Positions 54,859 to 64,000 of a DNA stretch of 64,000 bases are shown piece after piece. The position numbers were made by a program, and so were the translations under genes. Position 1 is the first letter of the stretch. The number at the start of each line of letters is the position of its first letter. This DNA is from Callorhinchus milii (lineage: Eukaryota): contig NW_024704743.1 in NCBI RefSeq assembly GCF_018977255.1, positions 86,926,001 to 86,990,000 of the forward strand, written 5' to 3'. Below the pieces are notes generated by a model. The model was not told the DNA's origin and ran no database searches. It was given only the letters and a program-made list of their open reading frames with translations.

Positions 54859-55500
54859 TGAGGAGGGGGTGCGGGGGCTGAGGAGGGGGTGCGGGGGCTG
54901 AGGAGGGGGTGCGGGGGCTGAGGAGGGGGTGCGGGGGCTGAGGAGGGGGTGCGGGGGCTGAGGAGGGGGTGCGGGGGCTGAGGAGGGGGTGCGGGGGCTG
55001 AGGAGGGGGTGCGGGGGCTGAGGAGGGGGTGCGGGGGCTGAGGAGGGGGTGCGGGGGCTGAGGAGGGGGTGCGGGGGCTGAGGAGGGGGTGCGGGGGCTG
55101 AGGAGGGGGTGCGGAGGCTGGGGAGGGGGTGCGGAGGCTGGGGAGGGGGTGCGGGGGGTGAGGAAGGGGGTGCGGGGGGTGAGGAAGGGGTGCGGGGGGT
55201 GCGGAAGGGGTGCGGGGGGTGAGGAGGGGTGCGGGGGTGAGGAGGGGTGCGGGGGGTGAGGAGGGGGTGCGGGGGCTGAGGAGGGGTGCGGGGGCTGAGG
55301 AGGGGGTGCGGGGGCTGAGGAGGGGGTGCGGGGGCTGAGGAGGGGTGCGGGGGCTGGGGGGGGGGGGGGGGGGGCGGGGGCTGAGGAGGGGGTGCGGGGG
55401 CTGAGGAGGGGGTGCGGGGGCTGAGGAGGGGGTGCGGGGGCTGAGGAGGGGGTGCAGGGGGTGAGGACGGGGTGCCGGGGGTGAGAAGCATCTGCCGGGG
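54859..55500 (+). repeat. G-rich 20-bp minisatellite (TGAGGAGGGGGTGCGGGGGC)n
   Basis: 12 perfect copies at 54859-55098, then degenerate copies to ~55500, embedded in G-rich low-complexity sequence 54570-55590. Confidence 0.95.
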
Positions 55501-55992
55501 GTGAGGAGGGGATGAGAAGGGGGTGCAGGTCTTGAGGAGAGGGTGTAGTGGGTGAGGAGAGGTTGCAGGGGGCGAGGAGGGGGTACAGGGGGTGTCACCA
55601 CCACCCTCCTCCTCTTCCTCCTCGCCCCTGGTCAGTGCTCCTGCCTCAGGCAGCCCTGAGATACGGGGGTCAGTGCAGGGGAAGGGTCACCGTTACTGCA
55701 GTGAGTTTCTATCCTTATTGCTTTTAATTGATCCGCCTCGATTAATTCCTGTGACATTGCTGCACTTTAATATTTCTCCACCGTGGTGGTTTATTGCTTC
55801 ATCTTTTATTGATTTGGTATTGCTCGCGCGTCATTGATTTTGATTGCTTCATCTCTATAGATTTCCCCCTTACTTTGCCTTCATCGATTTTTTATTGCTT
55901 TGCTCTCATTGATTTGTTATTGCTTCATCTCTATTGTTTGTTGATTGTTTCACTGTTTGCTTCTGACTTGTCGTTGCATTAATTTCTCCTGC

Positions 55993-56264
<272 letters not shown>

Positions 56265-56799
56265 GCCTCGTCGCTGACTGTCTTTCCATACGATAGATTT
56301 GCAATAAGCAAGTCGTGGTTACATATATGCATTCAACTTCTGCTCGGCTTCGTTTGCATGTCAACTGCATGTGCAAAGCCATCGTGGGGATTACCAACAT
56401 GTCTTTGATGGGGGAAATTGGGATTGAATCAATGGTGACTGTTCATCGCGGGGTCTGCAGTGCGGACAGAGAGAGGACTGAGGGCATTCTCTGACACCTT
56501 TGAAATCAAGTGTCCAAGTCACAGGTGGTTTCCTGTCTCACTGGTGTGTCCCACAGTTTCCTGTTCCTGACACAACTCACACAGGTCTGAACCACACGTT
56601 TGGTTTTTGGTTAATTCACTCGTTTAAAGTGCCTCGAAACAGCGAAAGGGTGAAAAGAAAAGTTAGTTGGGGGCAAAGTTGCCCTGACATCTAAATATGG
56701 GTTTGCATTATTGTTGCAAATTGCTGTATAACTTTGTGTAAACTTCCCCAGGGCAAACAGCCACGATAAATAACCGTTTGGTTCCTCTTAAAACAAATG

Positions 56800-57930
56800 T
56801 AGACACTCTGTACCATCCGTTCGTGCTCAGGTTTCGTACATAAACACACTGGAAGGTTATAAACAAAATAGATTCTTTGGACGCGGACTCCCAAACGCTC
56901 GAGGAGGGTCGCAAACATCTCCCACCGAATAAAACAACATGTGCCACAGAGGTTAACGCTTGAAAACGTCCCCCCCCCCACCACCACCACCGAGAACACC
57001 GTGTGTTAGAGGGATAAAGCCCCGAAGCGACGAATTAAAGCGGGTTTCCCCCCCACACCGAGAGCACAGCACAGAGCGCTGAAACGATGACTTACTCGCC
57101 CAAGAATATTTTACACCGTTTCTGGTCTGGCGTCACATGTTTTATATGTGTATATATATATATATGTGTGTAATATATACATACATATAACTGAGACAGG
57201 AGAAGCAGTTTGGTGTGGGGGTGGGTGGGGGGTGTGGGGGTTACCAGGAGTACTGAGAACCAACCGCAAACACCACAGCACAACAGGATCCCATCTCCTG
57301 CAAATCCACCCGAACAGACCGAGAGGCGGAGCGGAGCTGCAAAGAGAGTCAGGTTCAGTCCCGGAGTGATTTCCACGATCCTCCGAAAAAATGCACATGA
57401 CATAAATGTCGATTCTCAGCGGTTTGGCTGAGTCGAGGTGAACGGACGGGGGACCCCCAGTCCCCAGTCCCCCCCCACAACGGTTTAAATATAACTCACT
57501 GAGGGTTTACGTGGCGATCTTCGGCGTTTACCAGGAACGAAACCCGCAAAGTAACTGGTGATCTGAAGGTGGTTTCACACAACACCAACACCAACACCAC
57601 CACCACCACCACCACCACACGCGAAAAAAAAACCTTAGTCCGTTCCTGTCGGGGATGGTTTTAAACCTATCTCCTGAATTATTAAAAAAAAACACAATAA
57701 CACAATGTGTCGGGATGCGGCTGCGAGTAAAGCAAATGAAATTAAAATAAAACCACCCCCACCGCCACCACCTCCACCACCTCCACCACCACCGCCACCT
57801 CCACCTCCTCCACCATCACCTCGATGGCAACTCCAGGATTCAGATGGTTTGAAACCTCCCTTTGGGGAAAAAAAAGTCACCCCAACTCTCGAGGAGGCGA
57901 TACGTGTCTTAACAATTCGCAATCACACAC
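56800..57930. promoter_or_regulatory. CpG-rich segment (CpG-island extension into the 5' end of intron 1)
   Basis: Visibly frequent CpG dinucleotides relative to the CpG-depleted bulk of the window, adjacent to exon 1. Confidence 0.5.
57752..57820 (+). repeat. (CCA/CCT/CCG)n triplet repeat
   Basis: Direct reading; another (CAC)n tract lies at ~57580-57620. Confidence 0.9.
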
Positions 57931-57941
57931 CACAAATAAAG

Positions 57942-58382
57942 CACAACTCACTCACACTCTCATACACACAACTCACTCACACTCTCACTCACTCACACTC
58001 TCACTCACACAACTCACTCACACTCTCACTCACTCACACAACTCACTCTCACTCTCACTCACACAACTCACTCACACTCTCACTCACTCACACAACTCAC
58101 TCACACTCTCACTCACTCACACTCTCACTCACACAACTCACTCACACTCTCACTCACACACACAACTCTCACTCACACACACAACTCTCACTCACACACA
58201 ACTCACTCACACACACTCCTCACTCACACACACTCCTCACTCACACTCCTCACTCACACTCACTCCTCACACACACACTCACACACACAACTCACTCACA
58301 CACACAACTCACACACACAACTCACTCACACACACACAACTCACTCACACACACACAACTCACTCACACTCTCACTCACTCT
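57942..58382 (+). repeat. (CA)/(CTCA)-rich degenerate tandem repeat
   Basis: Repeating cacacaactcactcacactct-type units. Confidence 0.9.
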
Positions 58383-58863
58383 CTGACAGAAAGTTTCCTG
58401 GCCGGTAACACCAACACAGAACGTTTCCCGACTCGTCATGACATATCTGCCTTCCCCTCGCAATTTAAAGTTTACAAACCAATAACACCAGTAGTTTTTT
58501 TTTCTCTCTCTCTCTCTCTCTCCCCCCCCCCTCCCCTCCCCCCCCCCCCCAAATTCCCTCAACACCGTTTTTTGGGGGTTAAAAAAAATAATAATAATTT
58601 AAAAAAAACAGCCATCACCATCACAACAGGTTTTTAAACAAAAAAAAACGTGTCCACAAATTGCTCGCTGGCACAACAGGACAGCAGAGCAGAGGCCTGA
58701 CTGACTGACTGACTGACTGACTGTGCACTGCACTGTGTGTGTGTGTGTGTGTGTGTCACTGACCATCGTCGAGGACTGAACTTTCCAAATCACACAATAA
58801 TAACGCACATGTCATCAGCAAACCGGGGGGGGGGGGGGGAGGGGGGTTGGTGTTTAAACTCAC

Positions 58864-58903
58864 GTTTGATCTGCCTGGGGTTCCTCTGCTTTCGACGAGA
58901 CAT
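58864..58903 (-). CDS. zfpm1: First coding exon of a Friend-of-GATA zinc finger gene (ZFPM1/FOG1 favoured over ZFPM2/FOG2); encodes the NuRD-interaction motif MSRRKQRNPRQIK(R)
   Basis: The minus strand reads accgacc ATG TCT CGT CGA AAG CAG AGG AAC CCC AGG CAG ATC AAA C|GTGAGT: Kozak -3 A, 40 coding nt, canonical phase-1 donor. Human FOG1 begins MSRRKQSNPRQIKR and FOG2 MSRRKQSKPRQIKR. PRQIK distinguishes FOG from SALL/BCL11/ZNF423 motifs, and N at position 8 plus intronic GATA clusters favour FOG1. Family confidence is high; paralogue assignment is ~0.65. Confidence 0.9.
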
Positions 58904-59420
58904 GGTCGGTCGGTCACTGCCAGCTGTTGCTATCAGGAAGGATCGATAGGCGTTAAGACATAAAGAGGGAGAGAGAGGGAGAGAGGGAGGGAGGGAGGGA
59001 GCGATGAGGAGGGGACACACACACACACACACAGATGCACCCCAGTGAGCGAGTGAGACACAGAGCAGAGAGGGAGGGAGGGAGGGAGGGGGGGGAGAGG
59101 GAGGGAAGGAGGGAGGGAGGAGGGGGAGAGGTGACTGGAGAAGTAGTGTCGCTGATGCACTCGCTGCTCTGAGGCTGTGGCTCCACTCACTCACTCACTC
59201 ACTCACTGACTCTCTGCTGCTGCTGCTGGAGGTTCACTCTCAAAGCGCTTGCGCTCAGCCGCCGGCTCACCCTCTCCCTCCCTCCCCTCCCTCCCCTCCT
59301 CCTGCCTCGCACTCCTCTCTGTGCGGCACTCGCTCCAGTGCCTGCCCTGCCCTGCCCTGCCTGGCAGCCCTCACCGCCCAACCACAGCCCCTCCCCGCTC
59401 TGCCCCCTCAGCCCTGTCCC
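58904..59420 (-). promoter_or_regulatory. 5'UTR and proximal promoter of the ZFPM gene
   Basis: GC/CpG-rich sequence directly upstream of the ATG. Contains a GC box CCGCCC (59374-59379) abutting the RUNX consensus AACCACA (59380-59386), plus E-box CAGCTG (58921-58926) and GATA site CTATCA (58930-58935). The exact TSS cannot be determined. Confidence 0.6.
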
Positions 59421-59429
59421 ACTCTACCC

Positions 59430-59665
59430 CGTGTGTGTGTGGGTGGGTGTGGGGGTGTGGGTGTGGGTGTGTGTGTGGGTGTGTGGGGGTGTGGGTGTGT
59501 GTGTGTGTGTGTGTGGGGTGTGGGTGTGGGGTGTGGGTGTGGGTGTGTGGGGTGTGGGGGTGTGTGGGGGTGTGGGGGTGTGGGTGTGGGTGTGTGTGTG
59601 TGGGTGTGGGGGTGTGTGGGGGTGTGGGTGTGGGTGTGGGTGTGGGGGTGGGTGTGGGGGTGTGA
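59430..59665 (+). repeat. (GT/GGGTGT)n low-complexity repeat upstream of the promoter
   Basis: Direct reading of the sequence. Confidence 0.9.
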
Positions 59666-61718
59666 GAGAGAGCGATGATGAGCCTCGGTCTCAGGGAACC
59701 GCAGAGCCCAAGACATTGACCAGAGAGACAGAGGCACAGAGAGAGAGAGAGAGAGGGAGAGCGGACAGACTTGCACAGGGGAACTGCTTGGCAAGTCTGA
59801 AAGCAGACCCCGTGGACGGCACTCGGCGACCCCCCCCCCCCCCCCCCCCCCCCTCCCCCACCCACACCCCCACCCACACACCTTCCAGAAAACCTGCGTT
59901 TATGAGTTAGACGGAGATGCACACTCAGTGGATGAGGGGAAACTTTGCAAACCTATGCAATCGCGACCCAGAGCTGTGTGTGTGTGTGTGTGTGTGAGTG
60001 TGTGAGAGAGAGAGAGATGGTGAGAGCAGTGGGCAATAGAGAAATAGATAACGGGGATGCAATGTAGCTCGTGTCCTCGAGCTTTGCACTCCCAGTCCCA
60101 AGTTAACCAACCGATCTACAATGTTATTTAATTTGGACGGGCAGTGCAGACTCACCCAAGTAACCGCTCAAAATTAACAGCTTAGAGATTAGAGAAGAAA
60201 CTTTTGCGAAGGGACAGTCAGTGGGTGAACGTACGTGGGACCCGGTGTGTGGATTTAGCCACAGCACCAGTCGAGGACAACAGTGGTGGTGGTGGTGGAT
60301 GATGGGGAGAGGGACTGAGATCGTAGGGATGAGCAGAAACACTCAGTAGTTTATGTGGGACACCGTTTGGCTCTGCAGTGATGTGACTTGAGACCAAGAG
60401 GACGACATTTGCAGAAAGTAACCAGAGAGGGGCAATCGGAAAGGAATGAATAGGTGCCCTGAAATACGTGTGAATGCCGTTGTGAGGTGACCAGGGATTT
60501 TGCTCCTTTTTTTCTCTCTCTCTCTCTCTCTCTCTCTGGGAGGAAGAACAAATTGGTGGGAAATAATCCACGTTTGCAATGCATTGCAAAATTGACCCGA
60601 TGGGCCAAGTGCTGTTGTTTTGTCCCCCAATGCGTTTCCGTACGTTTTCATTCATCTCATTTCATGGAAGTTGCAATGAGTAATATCTATGAATTCTGAT
60701 CAAAGACCCCATTGAATTTGCAAGAGCGACATACATACAGGTGGATTGCACCCGATTTAGTCTGTGCTAATACAGGTTTTTAAGATCAGTGTTACAGTTG
60801 TTTGCCCCAAGAATTTATCCAATCTACTGATCTACTTACCAACCCAACATAGCCCCTGCAGACCAGTGCTTTCTGAGTACAGTGCAGTCACCACACTTCG
60901 AGTAACCTGGACATTTCCATGTTACCACGAAATTGCCATATTATACCACGTTCACCTGTCAAAACAGTGATGTTTCGGTACACATCCCCTTCTGATGGTT
61001 GTTTAAGGGATTCGAGACATCAGACTTCAAGGTCAAAGGGAAATGCATGAAACGTCCTGACATTAAGCACAAGTAAAAACAGAGCATAGAACAAAAAGAC
61101 AATTTAACTTGAGCTATTTCTTCTAGAGATCATCCTCGGTCTGCCCAATCATCATTTGTTTGCCATGTGTTCTTTTGTCTTACCTTTGCTTCCTTCTTTT
61201 ATTCGTGGTCCTTTTCAATTAAAGTATGCAGAAAAGAATCTATTACTTGCATTAATTGGAACTTGCCCAATTGTGGATATGGAGATAATGTGGATCATGG
61301 GTCATCATGCAAAATACAAATTGGCTACAGTACTAAACAAAAATTCTTCCATCAGAAGGTAGACTGTCATTATAGTACCACACTGTGGCAGCCCTTGTTT
61401 CTTGCTTCCTCTTTCTTCAAGTGTTTTTTTTCCCTCTCTCTCCCTCTCTTTATTTCTCTATTTCTCCAATGTCCTCTTTATACCTGTCTGACTTTCTTTT
61501 ACATCAGTCCTTCTCTGACTCTCTCTGACCCTTTACATTTATCTATTTCTCTCCTTTTATTTCTCTTTCTCCCGGTGTTAACCGTACTTGTTACACTGCA
61601 CAATGACTCACTTCACATTGCTGTTTCACAGTTGCACTGTGTGGCTAAATCATACACAGTACTTGGGAATCTCCTATGTTCAACTAATTCCCCCCTACCC
61701 CATCATCACACCGGAATA

Positions 61719-62041
61719 GGGAGTCCTGTAGCTCAGTGGTTAGAGCACTCCCTTTGCAAGCGAGAGACCTGAGTTCAATTCCAGGCAGAGGGCGAAACCT
61801 TGGGCAAGTTTCCTTACTCCACACACCTAATAATAATCCCTCCAAAACCAAAAACAATAATAAATTGGTCATTTTCAATTCATGACTGTTTGTTGGACAC
61901 TGCTGTGCGCAATTGGCTGCTGCGTTTCTCCCAAAATATACAGTCAATTCACTTTATAGTCTATTCTGTGAAGAGCTTTGAGACATCAATAAGACTTGAA
62001 AAGCGCTATATCAAATGCAAGGATTATTATTATTATTATTA
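61719..62041 (+). mobile_element. tRNA(Ala-like)-derived SINE, family B
   Basis: gggagtcctgtagctcagtggttagagcactccctttgcaagcgagagacctgagttcaattcc...aagcgctatatcaaatgcaagg(att)n. Confidence 0.85.
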
Positions 62042-62571
62042 ATCACAGCTACCCTGAAACACAGACAGTTTGCATGCTTATACTCAGCACCCTAGTGTAC
62101 CAATTCCAACCCCAAGAATTTCAAATTAATTTGCTATCATTGTTATTATTTGTGAGATTTGCAAATGTAGATTGACTGCCTTGTTTGCTTTCATAACATT
62201 AATAGTAAATACAAGTTTATTGTTTATATCCACATTACTTTTTTTCCCCCCGTTTGCGTTATTAATTTAAGAAAATAAATGTGCAGCTTTTCCCCTAATT
62301 ATGTTGGTTTATGTTCCCTCTTCATCCGAATGTATCCCCAAATTAAATGAATGCCTACTCATCTCATTCATGAAATGTTGCTGGTGCAAATTATTTGCAG
62401 TATTTGCCTATGTGACAATATTCACAACATTTCTGATCAATTTTATTTTGTAAAGGAACTTGAAACTTATTTCACATGAAAAGCACTACAAATGCACATT
62501 ATTTTTGTGGTATCATAAGAGTGAGTAACAGCTTTAAAGAAATATGAAAAACTTTAAAATAAAATTAAAAA

Positions 62572-62885
62572 AACTCGCATTTGATAATAGCACCTTATCA
62601 CATTGTCAAAATATCTTGAAGGACCTCACATGATTTACTGTAAAGTACAGTAAGTACTGCATTTTGTACGTGAACATGCGAACTAATTTGAATATAACAA
62701 TGTCCCACATACAACTATGGTGTGAATGACCAATTTTATCCCTTCACTTGTTGAATAATGCTAAGGTATCTTTAATGTCCACATGAACAGGCAAACAAGA
62801 CCTCCTTTTGACAATGCAGCACCCCCCAGCATTACACAGACATATCATCCGAAACTATAAGCTCAAAGTCCCCAATGTGGGGCTT
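62572..62885 (-). mobile_element. Degenerate Deu-type SINE
   Basis: ctcgcatttgataatagcaccttatcac...atctttaatgtccacatgaacaggc...gctcaaagtccccaatgtggggctt. Confidence 0.6.
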
Positions 62886-64000
62886 ATACATTGTTATAAT
62901 TCAATAGTTAACTAGAATTGAAGACTGTTTCTTGAAAGCTGTATTTCCTAAATAAAAAATAATCCATTATCTTACAGATGAATCTTTTCTTACAACTAGC
63001 CTCCAGCCTCTCTCTCTCACACATACACAATCTTTATCGTTCTTCATTGCTTCTCTGAAGATTTCTCTCTTTATCCTCCCAAGCTTCAATTACAATATCG
63101 TCCCTGCATCCTCCATCTATTGAAATCAACTCATTTTACTGTCTCCTGCTCCAATTCATTATTTCTCATTACCTCAAAAACGTGGAACTCTACCTCACAC
63201 TTCCTTTTCTACATTATATTTTCCATATACTATACAGACTTTTTAAAATGCAAACTTGGTGTAACATCAGCACTTCTGTCACACTCCTTTCAATCCATAT
63301 GGTATCTTGCTCCATTGCCTTTGCCCCTAATCTAAACATTCACAAAAAAAATTATTTGAATTAAAATTAAGTAAAAATAAATCAAATAGCCCAAGTAAGC
63401 TTTAACAAGCAAGGTATGTGAAACAATTGGGAAAAAATTGTCTAAATTGAGTACCTTCATAACACTACCTCTTGATGATTTAATACTCCAGCATTACCTT
63501 ACTGGAAACAAACGCAATCTGGCACAAATATCCTACATTGTAATGCTGAAAATAATGACATTACAACAAAAACAATGAACTGTACAAATTGTTAGTGTAG
63601 CAGAAATTTACTTTTTAATCATATGAAGTTCACATCCAAGTTTTGCAGAATATTAATTTTTGTCAGTCAGTATGTTCCCAGTTTTCATTTGCTCGATCTT
63701 TATGTAGTTATTCAAATTCATGTGTATACAAAAAAAAGGAATCCTTAAGTGGCAGGTCTGCAGCTGCTAGAAACACCTATTGTACAAATTATCCTAGCCG
63801 ATTAGTTACTTTTCTACAATAGACCGTATTCCACATAATTTTATCCAAATTTTTAGCAAGGCCAGTATCTGAACTCCTCACTTCTATGTTATTTTCTGCT
63901 ACTCAGTAAATTTGCTGACCTAGACGGTGTTTACTTATAATGAGATTTTCCTATTAGAAGCACACGCCTCCAAGGTCAGTAAATGTACAGAGCAGCGGAA

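Noticed and set aside
54859..55098. CRISPR-like array (also 46716-46895)
   Set aside because: Head-to-tail tandem units without unique spacers, no cas genes, eukaryotic context.
54505..55604. 328-aa and 361-aa proline-rich ORFs (extensin-like)
   Set aside because: Translations of the stop-free C-rich strand of the 20-bp minisatellite; open in several frames, with no splice or homology support.
58790..59194. 134-aa ORF as a complete protein
   Set aside because: It starts at a GTG within a repeat; only MSRRKQRNPRQIK is real, and the frame reads through the splice donor into the intron.
61719..61790. tRNA-Ala gene (also 19714, 17403, 46384, 38585-38660)
   Set aside because: The acceptor stem is not intact and the sequence continues into a SINE body and tail; these are SINE heads.

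Overview
Vertebrate genomic DNA. The repeat landscape (Deu-domain SINEs, tRNA-SINEs with L2-type tails ending in (ATT)n, L2, CR1 and Penelope-like remnants) suggests a cartilaginous fish, possibly a chimaera; this is inference. The only host coding sequence I can support is a 40-nt first coding exon on the minus strand (58903->58864, MSRRKQRNPRQIK+C, then a GTGAGT donor). It encodes the N-terminal NuRD-binding motif of a Friend-of-GATA gene, more likely ZFPM1/FOG1 than ZFPM2. Its CpG- and simple-repeat-rich promoter and 5'UTR lie at ~58.9-59.9 kb. Everything from 58863 down to base 1 appears to be intron 1, since I could not identify exon 2. The intron holds many SINE/LINE fragments, fold-back elements, a G-rich 20-bp minisatellite and repeat-poor candidate enhancers. 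The strongest signals are a very dense GATA-site cluster (13 WGATAR in ~550 bp) suggesting GATA->FOG feed-forward regulation, a TSD-flanked 42-bp-stem hairpin insertion and a related degenerate hammerhead-ribozyme core, a minimal uORF, and a sense-strand bias of L2-tailed repeats. I see no CRISPR array, rRNA, bona fide tRNA gene or novel multi-gene system. Nearly all ORFs in the supplied track are repeat or low-complexity artefacts.
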